Source: an uncultured Planctomycetia bacterium
GTDB taxonomy: Bacteria; Omnitrophota; Gorgyraeia; 2-02-FULL-51-18
Assembly (NCBI GenBank): GCA_964502045.1
Contig: CAZCVC010000001.1
Span: forward strand, 1-30,885
Length of the DNA: 30,885 nucleotides
Direction of reading: 5' to 3'
Position numbers and translations under genes: made by a program. Positions 12,701-17,300 of this stretch are shown piece after piece; within the stretch, counting starts at the first letter, position 1, and each line of letters opens with the position of its first letter. The notes beneath the pieces were generated by a model that made no database searches, had not been told where the DNA came from, and saw only the letters and a list, made by a program, of their open reading frames with translations.

Positions 12701-14013
12701 TACTGCAGCGCGGGCACGCCGTATTTCGTTCCGAGCGCCTGCAGCGTGTTCTTGATCTCGGCGACCTGGCAGGCGCTCAGGTTCTTCGTCAGATATTCGT
12801 AGTCTTTCGAGGTCAGCGCCGTGTCCAATAATTGCGAAAAGATAGACGCGCAGCGCGAAAGCGCGGCCAGCCGGCGCTCCTCGTCCGAGCGGAACAGTTT
12901 TTCGCGGACATCGTTTTCAAAGCCTTCGGACTCGTCGAAGATGGAGATCAGGTCGATGCCTTCGTAAAGACGCACGTATTCGGAATAAAGGATGATGTTC
13001 GCGTAGGTGAGCGGATCGATGCCGGCCCTCTGCGAAAATTCGGCGAGCGCTAGGTGGAACTTGCCCGGCGTCATCTTGTTCTGCTTGAACGCGAGCATGA
13101 GCGCGACGAGCTTCTGAAGGTCGGGTTTCGCGAGCTTGCGGTTCAACTCGGCCATCAGCGCCTCGCGTTCGAGGCCGGCCTTCTTGAAGTCGATCCCTTT
13201 TTCGAGCGCGACCGTATCCGCCAGTTTTTTTAGGTTTGGGTACTTCGAAAAACCGACGCCGTTCGCGGCCGCCGTCCGGGTGAAATATTCCCAGTACTCG
13301 GTGAATTTCACCGAGCCGGTCCGGTGCAGCAGCTTGTGGCGCGTCAGCTCGGCCAGTTCGAGGGAATAGACCTTGTTTTCGAGCTCGCGCAGCGCGCGCT
13401 TCAGACCCTTCAGTTCCTTGCGGACGCGGACCTTCCGGTCGACGATCGATTTGAAGACCGCGAGGTTTTCGTCGTACAGCTGGGGGTCGTCGACGCCGTA
13501 GAGTTTGACCGGCGCTTCCGTGATCATCGAATAAAATTCGCCGGCCGAGATCTTGCCCTCTTCCATCAGCAGCGTCGCGGCCTTGCGGCGGACCTGTTCG
13601 GACGGAAAGCTCTTCACGATCGACGTGTCGATGAGGTCGTAGCCGCCCTCGAGCGCGATCAGGTTCAGGTTGTAATTCTTGACGAGCGAATCGAGGATCT
13701 TGGAGATGGATTCCTGGGCGCCGAGGTTGGAGTGAGCATCCTGGATGTTGATGATGAGTTCGTCGGTGTTTTTCGACACGTTCTTGCGGGAGATGCCTGA
13801 TTCTTCGGGAATAAGGACACTGTTTAACGCGTCGGGCGTCCCCTGGACCTTCACGTCGGTGACGCGCGACCACACCGGTGCGCCGCCTTGGGCCTGGACG
13901 GCATCGTGGCACGCGAACGTGAATACCAGCGCGGCCGACAAGGCGCGGATCTTCCATCCGTACGAAGTGCGGAAAGGCGGCTGATTGTTTTTTGTTGAAC
14001 TTCCGTTGTCCAA
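1..14013 (-). CDS. Giant multi-enzyme, probably exported protein (gene B), at least 4,671 aa, 3'-truncated by the window edge
   Basis: Manual translation of the minus frame from TTG at 14013 (MDNGSSTKNNQPPFRTSYGWKIRALSAALVFTFAC...) to position 1 shows no stop codon. AGGGGA Shine-Dalgarno 7 nt upstream. The ORF track lists no minus-strand ORF in this frame, consistent with no stop. Many recognisable enzyme motifs lie in frame. Confidence 0.95.
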   Translation of the reverse strand, partial: MDNGSSTKNNQPPFRTSYGWKIRALSAALVFTFACHDAVQAQGGAPVWSRVTDVKVQGTPDALNSVLIPEESGISRKNVSKNTDELIINIQDAHSNLGAQESISKILDSLVKNYNLNLIALEGGYDLIDTSIVKSFPSEQVRRKAATLLMEEGKISAGEFYSMITEAPVKLYGVDDPQLYDENLAVFKSIVDRKVRVRKELKGLKRALRELENKVYSLELAELTRHKLLHRTGSVKFTEYWEYFTRTAAANGVGFSKYPNLKKLADTVALEKGIDFKKAGLEREALMAELNRKLAKPDLQKLVALMLAFKQNKMTPGKFHLALAEFSQRAGIDPLTYANIILYSEYVRLYEGIDLISIFDESEGFENDVREKLFRSDEERRLAALSRCASIFSQLLDTALTSKDYEYLTKNLSACQVAEIKNTLQALGTKYGVPALQYVDFSVLEESIPDAMKFYELASRRNEALIRNTRARMKQEGARVAALITGGFHSEGISSLMDGEKLSYLIVMPKFDEKSKDRPYIAILTQKPREYEEQFKDSDFYLSFKLNNMLGNGELTRDEAKNQIAKLLLAYKAVFSQNRVPPADIKLIVDRYTPFYDAAAKRGYRLALSPPDLGDILFKAYSQRVRGKDVVWFDGESTMPDSAARPAEVLNADDESDAPAPLTAAARLAVERADILDNDGDVTGHTIERQYLIGTETYHRSVNVFMFRLNNAGKVEMMLQKRSPTKKAFPNTWDVAAAGNVMAGEAFDDAAGREVLEETAVPFPKSQMIRLGPAKGWKIRETKGGVKKADSGPGFEGTGYVHVGDQSVNQYRCIYFVVLPPGAQTKLEAGEASESKWMPWPAVVADVLSKPGEYGGIQFELIYPELREALTKAVASLEANAARPRADLIAAAARDSGGTVLAARLAQFVAKTPLVLKRKMSRQDIVRDMAVEHAFVGYNFDTATEEEFLTKLFGLVTDKPKNFFETGSTFEIMKMMSSVEMKNLVGSVGFSKVGRANKLIILSGPSGAGKGTIGFEEMKRVHGEAVKRLVIYNSRAKRPGENEGVEYYFRSEDELRQLESEGKILLIKEPLGGDLHGIDLKSLDEALDKDHLSLIEVGNNAAQKIREYVQAKYGFQPISVFLTPLSEETINNRITMLDNGDKPTDDDVTKRIGTSGRARDVVYKELAREAVIKAETRFRIENRSHLLGQELDEVLPAARLEARLNYAVEQMNRSGEYTYTLVNPWNEGDQTFEKLGQIIFSQALASVLSQQKADTVFLYSNAKPDDRALGRTINGIIQQYYTVNAGAEIIDPSVLKYKISQLELHVASMKDLEKRLGLIQAEKADGDNSGLITLALRWLELGVKGNANFAAIENATRNLLIHEYIMKGLIRTRDTRRMMNDLIRKTENGDPATFGKMLKKTHEIMVKITNDQVGTSTNPSQAIQFRLRAMQFLADLFDRTSSAYFREFSKIGDNLHLLAPDGPTEQVRYRRMRNQLIYRTFETQLRSYIQPYAGPFALAPDLYGKSLKARRSGRFDLTHGALACDLIIDVVSGVPGKVVNMAIEIEGYEEGASMRPITEKKIRIIADNGAVLETADVQQLFSKLDDPKFAYAVASLAEAGYIQRNESGELTDTQETFTARLRDFFLAYNNTEAGKTAPMNGLEIRCAKPLPNGLGGSGGAAAEFLKELFELAGQPRTNAEIALRAAAVEAFLGSRNPDNSTGGWQDPYGTILAGLNLIGTEGAGTIDTLKEIGLGLSSDLKDQITRRLADRMILIDTGIRVAGTSAQKILEPLIELRLRGSKSFPRTRDTGADRTAALIAALARQDLNEVIRLTIEEGNAFAVNSPTYVNADWNALVLAMPSYVEGQKGAGSFGGGVGAVFLKENTDREQAEREIGALMTERGLVWKILQYKVGRGLELDKQIVAASRMAAVAPRKKTEAGDFAETLKAEGARLVAAVPTYLERLWEGVGDKWPDGRWDLRPNWQRMNIIGSIFLAQEESAPVDRTVLVALIEDRLKAFGLQTDKTEIGLLVERMKRIGLLKKAGKGLMLNVPKPLLAVKTNSVEYIKKVLDDALASGAPEQKLTEILLEYSDTIELLHQYPVERYQPVLRAVAIMDKAKQETVLKLIQESASPALAKSVLADRILMMFGIVRDNWLERFAPELEGRTVYNISPEISLVGGGLGPVLQFVSSGETTLMQSKAQVVTIEPMYRLRLELVRDAAGHPVVDPNTKLNVFEPKPFDYSTLPWPANDLQPEPQLTFQVKVGGVDVTAEAFRGTNREGKEAWLIRDKDGRITKLMYQYEKYGTGSWQEFSEFFSRASLKLIEELEKRDKEAKKAAYKAPVVVGNDGQIGKLFVYRRIEEENSQRRKEEHILKDAFFWHVSHTYPNRGTYPLNDGRKALNRAGIPQHMHHYFERITDTDDTSGAIRTADANSKVSGPHMDDLAHLDPTATPAVANTNGDNRPESQSEFRKHLTAADAGVDFERPTITQFKSAKVLAKEAARDDETLNDYNPLFSKLDPNKTTFGIVARLVPEKIDEQTVWTRDNILDIVRSNDERAGGQVVLMVNVQPSEDSHKMLLRLKALEKEVNEEVPGGLIVVTGWGPREKLKALSIFDVQVMVSRRATGAAEFTESDSAVNGALMIAAPWIEGITQLNGVVLDRTVPGSGNVLIPNGPEEKDFRAVFNWCLKLRHERPDDFAAYQVASVKLSRPLGHLMTAAANLSTVSDALAAYRDPVAVLQKAMKGDRRANDFLAGEWFRKRLNRYFLDRPDDAMPINNTNPDIKSYRVKIGNVAYIVNVDIGRRDSDKIEKPTVLKDTAAFTSIMDRLAVRPEDRLVVLDVLKEKNLGSREARLLLESGLDTVIPHPGVQILQEEPLILASSPHRGNRAGVMVAITPSLSSDTALRELLKSGMKSASFDFTDITEDHREWVKDTVKRLREIAAETRSLVTVVQVLGGKTDEKDTADIAYGMKELDVDGVVVPLGSKSRDLARFRAEITNGAFLFAKVGTQEAFDNLERVLPSLDGVWLDKKAISKEAGSQHYPLVRNTFLQKTLAAGALSIVDHDPADPQSLEASISEGAGLVSYANGDEGFTQTGFVIRALKASIGEAEKKVNFKERQDKLVRERFEKDQEMIASSLLWQGTYSVAHRAAISNAKGTVIFSQTGATAQRLFELGVRLIMITPSAVTARRMNILPGVAPVLISHEPKEFERFTRYVEYTEIEIFRAEVAASAERDFNIVTSYGLPGQAGHSDFLRTVNLKVVTAASLERQGARLAVTTVDVLDADGVFTGTAVSLEEAHRTGALHRNVNIILVDPDTGNIILQRRAPGKKTYPNRLDFVGGHVGTKSSFRQAAVDRLLETFEDPILIERLVQVEAESSFATYIRLSGADGDFIDNQIGTLYMVMLTAEEVRFLNSKNEELNRFWSATTDKAGMIEQKARQFFKPAKENRIKHFDQLPDSQKTELRERARDYFDVRGYEAMKLTEAVSRFDHNQGQFSSVFNTYFQGQEIDDYQKIGDADAKERLVEARARWFAARNGVIDYDTLGDGQRDGLKNAARQYFEKGRNNADRIAMHVHALMSDNFKAMQRLYLVKQAALKRKDLAASSRNEILKLARDADDELLKALHQEADFKRESVAQVILGDYPVDAEGMYFPGRSLPVPQVFPTYKQIKQLILSGRAPPSDIIMIGGGGGLVKTFEGTLFHYVKSLGKKSTSSPGTDSGGGSGKQNAAVRPVFGPVYGVGDREQMLNLMLEDKRPSTVEALASKHSAFARIFELRLSAKDHGDKKHYVDVIKAELERTARDIPSDWRLREPEDRIDNTVNLLRAEAKHLPLSFIANLLNTARIIDNDFIDLKDAGNRPAMPDFFRKAVIEENSVRNLYELAMGFKTRVLNWDQATRDYKEKQFMVLSYVLPTMLGLETTSRKVVGTSVSTIQPSVLVARYKHPIDWAHPANVKYRATGELAGQPNVAVSQGVIDNLYLDDNYMVDFGVYRIGPDGKPDFTSTPSASWQTMLNFQQAKVFTCGAGSTAASILSQFHPEVVEHILRRRMKMPIRDWMRPDENVTIGEREEDKSYQFPLTGIFIMNHVHMTESTGADMPDGSMNRNVGAIQAYERHFSKALMISEDLVRQISAAQGRPYKKAVDPVSGEETYFEDNDSGRYFIRFRDIFDDIVANEDFVTRIDRKLKAGMKDERHPTDPYGEPVGTPYYDNSTNPMRTRATGVGGTPEDVYVSTSPADPDDPHYYIVRVEGEGRERRVTRRRPAFPDAPYDANIEGEPGEPNDIPINPYLHYALLNNMRVFFRNPDQTINAELAWRLSYESAQQYQYNPETRSEMGKFLSAAYIDDDTRAYLLARAFDPNRIHTDDYVGMVEKEAKVANVAPEKFPGLLYAKIGPKVEYLATAGLLEASQSLSPDKVDIRKFPDTLRAQQMPVKMRPGVGARLAETQGGRLAVKLIDIFDEKESKIGQMDIDQAHITGALHRGVSIILVHPETGHVIIQKRSAKKKTYPGAFDFVGGHVAAGTSFEESAVARLSDNLGTPVDVERLIRVDKQGSFRVNVTTNDGAAPVIENQMTTMYMLVLTPEEVKALELKSNELSRFWAALPSQHGGFITGRAKAFAAADHKKWDELDGPARAAYATRAIDYFDVQGYTTMEFPQLIQAYDDNPTQFAGPFRVHLGDNKKADKIAEQLAA
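1690..3030 (-). other. YvcK/GlmR (UPF0052)/CofD-like domain with large insertions
   Basis: DIIMIGGGGG (2998-3027), TDSGGGSGK (2896-2922), GDRE, NSVRNLYELA, CGAGSTAASIL (1975-2007) and IFIMN (1819-1833). These match in order the YvcK motifs IVVIGGGTG, DDGGSSG, GDIR, HSLGNL, GPGSLYTSIL and VYVCN. Confidence 0.75.
3500..4245 (-). other. Nudix-fold domain copy 2, degenerate Nudix box
   Basis: VDVLDADG..GALHRNVNIILVDPDTGNIILQRRAPGKKTYPNRLDFVGGHV. Box at 3982-4050 reads GHVGTKSSFRQAAVDRLLETFED. Confidence 0.8.
4270..5400 (-). other. Pyruvate kinase-like module (barrel plus C domain, no lid domain), probably inactive
   Basis: VMVAITPSLSSDTALRELLKSGMKSASFDF; DEKDTADIAYGMKELDVDGV; LFAKVGTQEAFDNLERVLPSLDGVWL (cf. 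[31 protein letters not shown]); C-domain AKGTVIFSQTGATAQRL...TARRMNILPGVAPV. Confidence 0.75.
5420..5720 (-). other. Possible alpha-amylase/GlgE-type C-terminal beta-sandwich
   Basis: VKIGNVAYIVNVD...RLVVLDVL...GLDTVIPHPGVQIL resembles the VVVNLD...VRDELTG...VRLDP pattern of GH13 C-terminal domains. Judged by eye only. Confidence 0.35.
5870..7600 (-). other. GT-B glycosyltransferase domain, alpha-glucan phosphorylase (GT35)/glycogen synthase (GT5)-like
   Basis: TVYNISPEISLVGGGLGPV (GGGLG at 7522-7536), VVVGNDGQ, WHVSHTYPNRG, ANTNGD, TFGIVARLVPEK, VMVSRRATGAAEFTESDSAVNGAL (6154-6210), all in canonical GT35/GT5 order. Confidence 0.75.
8320..9500 (-). other. GHMP-superfamily sugar kinase domain (L-fucokinase/HddA-like)
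   Basis: SGRFDLTHGALACD..GKVVNMAIEIEG; PLPNGLGGSGGAAA (9028-9069); TGGWQDPYG; MILIDTG; GQKGAGSFGGGVG. Confidence 0.85.
10290..11020 (-). other. Guanylate kinase-like domain
   Basis: LIILSGPSGAGKGT P-loop; YNSRAKRPGENEGVEYYF; ISVFLTPLSEE; ARLNYAVEQMNRSGEYTYTLVN. Confidence 0.85.
11400..12000 (-). other. Nudix hydrolase domain copy 1 (IDI/YfcD-like), near-canonical Nudix box
   Basis: YHRSVNVFMF..MMLQKRSPTKKAFPNTWDVAAA, then GNVMAGEAFDDAAGREVLEETAV (11731-11799), which fits GX5EX7REUXEEXGU apart from one G to A. Confidence 0.9.
12470..13770 (-). other. N-terminal EreA/ChaN/TraB(Tiki)-like domain with long helical insertion
   Basis: IINIQDAH (QDAH 13732-13743), LIALEGG (ALEG 13645-13656), LYGVDD..Y.EN, RN (12628-12633), ALITGGFH (GGFH 12547-12558), SYLIVMP. 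The order matches the H/E/RN/GxxH layout of this fold. Confidence 0.65.
13891..14013 (-). other. Sec signal peptide-like N-terminus of gene B
   Basis: Basic region (FRTSYGWKIR), hydrophobic ALSAALVFTFAC, then DAVQA|QG as a candidate SPase I site after residue 41. Confidence 0.55.
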
Positions 14014-14019
14014 GCGTTT

Positions 14020-14026
14020 TTCCCCT
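14020..14026 (-). promoter_or_regulatory. Shine-Dalgarno site of gene B
   Basis: Minus strand reads ctaaAGGGGAaaaacgcTTG. Confidence 0.8.
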
Positions 14027-14153
14027 TTAGAACTTAGTCTAGTAGATAAGAAATATTTATATGAACCGCGAAAAAAATTTCTTTAGAAAAAGGGCAAAGC
14101 CATCGGATGCCGGGAATAAGAGAAACCGATCCCGCCGGTCGATTATTCAAAGA

Positions 14154-14182
14154 AGTATACAAGCCAGCCCTGTCGAATTCAA
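14154..14182 (-). promoter_or_regulatory. Sigma70-type promoter for gene B
   Basis: Minus strand TTGAAT (14182-14177), 17-nt spacer, TATACT (14159-14154). Implies a leader of about 135 nt. Confidence 0.6.
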
Positions 14183-14257
14183 GGCGAAATCAAGCGTTTG
14201 AGGCATTTTTATTCCCGTAATTTCAAGCATTTATGAGAAAACTGCGTTTCAAATAGA

Positions 14258-14275
14258 CGCTGAAGAGAATCAGCG
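14258..14275 (-). terminator. Weak hairpin about 85 nt downstream of the gene A stop; possible terminator or processing site
   Basis: CGCTGA-TTCTCT-TCAGCG on the minus strand followed by tctatttg. Short stem and poor U-tract. Confidence 0.2.
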
Positions 14276-14357
14276 CGCTTTTGTAAGATTACTTCTCATT
14301 CTGTTAAAATTGTTAACTATTTCATAAGAAACAAAAATTTTGATAAGCCAAATAACC

Positions 14358-17300
14358 TTAAGCGGACTGCGCCAGCGCCCTCGCCAGACGCGTGGCGGCG
14401 CGCAAAGCCCGGTCGATGTCCAGCGAACGCAGCCAGCGGATCACGGTGCCGAGGCGCCCGCCTACCTTTTTTAGGAATGTTTCGTCCTTGAAACCGATGC
14501 CGACGTTTTCACCAACGAAATAGCCCGCGAAGAAAAGTACCGGGTCCCGGTAACCGTCTTCGGCGACAACCATGAACCTCGAAAGCGGCGGTTTTTCGGC
14601 GCTGATCCTGCCGGAAACCGCCTCCGCTGTGTCCCCGCTTCCTGCCGAAAACGCGAACGCGATATTTTCGGGCGGCACACCGGCCTTCGTCAATGCCGTG
14701 ATCGCCGCTTTGCGGTCGGGAGAAATGTCATAGCGGACCCTCGAATCGATGCCGGCGCCCGATTGGCCGATGACGCGCAGGCGCATGCCCTGCTCCTGGG
14801 TCTTGGCCGCGATCTTCCAGAAAAGTTCCTTTTGCGGGCCGCTGTTGATCTTCGCAATCATCGTCTCTTCGATCACCATCGCCGATTTCGCCGGCACGAT
14901 GGCGGCTTCCGTCGCTGAAAGTCCGCGGAACGCGCGCATCGCGCCGCCCTCCGGCATCCCGGCGCCTTCAACCCCGAACAGGGCGTCGAGCTGTTTCAGG
15001 ATCTCGGCCGGCTCGAGCGCTTCCTTTTTGATCAGCAGGCTCGTCTCGTTCCAAATACGGCGCGTTTCCTCGAGGTCAACGGCGTCGAGCGCCCCGATAA
15101 GCGAGCGGATCTTATTCAAAAAGAGCAGGTCACGAGCATCGGCCAGCGCGAGGCCGGCCGCGGCCTTCAGTGTAAGGCCCGACGCTTGCGGATCCAAAAT
15201 GCTTTCGGCCGCGTGCGGCTGTCCGGACGCTTTTGACCGGAGCTCGCTCAAATAAACCCGCGCGGTGTCGCCTCCGCGGTCTTCGGGAGCCCGGCGGATC
15301 GCATAAAAACTCACCCCGGCGCCAAAATTCGAAGATTCCAGCGCCTTCAGATCATCGGGCGAAGCGCCGATGACGCCGACAGCGATGGGCTCAGCAAACG
15401 CCGGCGCCGCGAGCCTGGCGGCCTGCGTGTCAGGTTCCAGAAAATCCTTCTTCATGGCGGCGATGACGGCCGGGATGTCGAATGGAGCGTCCGCCCGATA
15501 AAAGACGATGGAATAATGAACGAGGCCTTCGAAGTCGAGCTTGGCGATGAGCTGCGCTTCAGGCGACGCGGCGTCCGCGGCCGCGGCCGTCGCCAAAGCC
15601 AGCGTCAGGTCCGTCGTCACCTGAACGAGCCCGGGGTCCGGCGCGGCGGCGTCGTCCGGCTTCGGAAAATGAAGCTGATAATAGGCCTCCAGCTGAGCCA
15701 GGTCGCCGGCGGTCAGCGTCAGGATCTCCGCCAGCTTGGGGTTCGCCGGAAGAGCGTCATCCGGCTCGTCGTCGGCGTCCCCCTGCGCAGACGGATCCAT
15801 AGCCTTGATAATCATGTCGAGCGGGTGCGTCTGAAGCGGCGTGCCGCTCTGCCGGAACAGGTTCGCCTTAGTGAGCAGCGACGACAATTTGGTCGTCGGC
15901 GGAGCTTTCAGGACCACTTTGACAAGATACGCGCCTTCCTCGACCGCGAAACCGAATACGCCAAACGCGTCGATCAGCTGCGACGGATCGGCGCCCGCGG
16001 CGGCGATAAGGTCGGAAATTTTAGCATCCGGCAGAGGCGCGGCCGGGACTTTCGATCCGGCCGCAATGACGCCGCCGGCGGCTTCGAGCTTCGCGCGTAT
16101 CGCTTCGGCCGCCTGGCGCCTTTCCGTCTCGAAACGGTGCCGCTGAAGCACCAGACCCTTGATCTTTTGGGCATCTCTCTGGTCGGGCCCTGTCTTTTCG
16201 ATGACGTCCCGAACGACGCGCTGCAGGAGGTCGGGGCTCACCTTAGAGTCCGGTATGTCGGTCAGGATGGCCGCCATCACTTCGGAGATCAACGCGCCGG
16301 CGCCCTTATTCGCTTTCAGAGCCTCGAAAAAGTCCGCGATTTTTTTCCGGTCGGAGGCGAATACCTTTTCGACGCCGACGATCGTCGCGTCATCTGGCAG
16401 CACCGCCTGCACGATCTCGATGACTTTCGCGTCCGGAAACGCCGCGTCGGCAGTTTTTGCCATGCGCACGACCTCGAACAATTCGATCGGATGCAGGGCG
16501 GCGATCGACGTCTTGTTCTGCACGGTCGTGAACACGAAGCCGGCGAGCGCGGCGCTCAGAGGATCGCTGTGACCGAAAGCCTGGAAAAAAATGTTGAGGT
16601 CGCCGGGTTTATCGCTGAAAGCCGCGGCGAGCTTTTCTAGCGTCGCGTCTTCGGTGAATTTCACGCCGTCTTCGTCCTCCACCATCAGGTTTTTAGCGAT
16701 CAACGTCGGGCGCACAAGGCCGAACAGGTCCTGCAGGCGGCGGTGCTCGACGATCTCTGCGACGAGGACCGGGATCGTCTTGCCGGCCGTGTGTCCGTCG
16801 CGGGCCATCAGCATGAATTCCATAGGATGCTGGGTCGCGGCAGCCGCTTCAGGCAGCGCGAGCGCAAGCTCGGCCATAAAGTTGCCGAGGCCGACGTTGT
16901 CGTCCTCGCTTTCGAAAAGAAGCGCAAGTTTCAGAGGGTCGGAACCCAACGCTGTCCGAAGCGCAGCCACGTTAGCTTTTTCGATCTTGTCGGCAAAGTC
17001 CAGGCTGTCGTCAGGACCGCCGGGCCCGCGTTCGATGACGCCGGCCAACAGGAGCGCCGCCTGGATCGCCGGTCCGATCGCGCCGTCTCCGAGCAGCTGC
17101 GCCGCTATCGCGGGCGCCTCCTTGCCACCGGCATGCGCGGTGCGCACCAGGAGCATGAATTCGAAAGGAGTCATGTCCTGCAGGACCCCGTCCGGCAGCG
17201 CCGCAGCCACTTCGGCCATGACCGGACCGAGGCCTTTATTCGGCTGATAGGATTCACAAAACGCCGGCAGCAGACGCACGTCGGGCGCAAGGCTCGCGCG

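Noticed and set aside
10-13800. Long plus-strand ORFs (10..2052, 4879..6009, 6346..7317, 8308..9498, 11440..12471 and others)
   Set aside because: They are in-register antisense shadows of gene B, arising because TTA/CTA/TCA codons are rare in GC-rich coding DNA. They show no protein motifs.
4223-13957. Alternative-frame minus-strand ORFs (4223..4654, 4877..6013, 12917..13957 and others)
   Set aside because: Arg/Pro-rich off-frame translations overlapping the motif-bearing frame of gene B.
14091-14150. GGGCAAAGCC resembling part of a c-di-GMP-I riboswitch
   Set aside because: It is on the plus strand, antisense to both genes, and the rest of the aptamer architecture is not evident.
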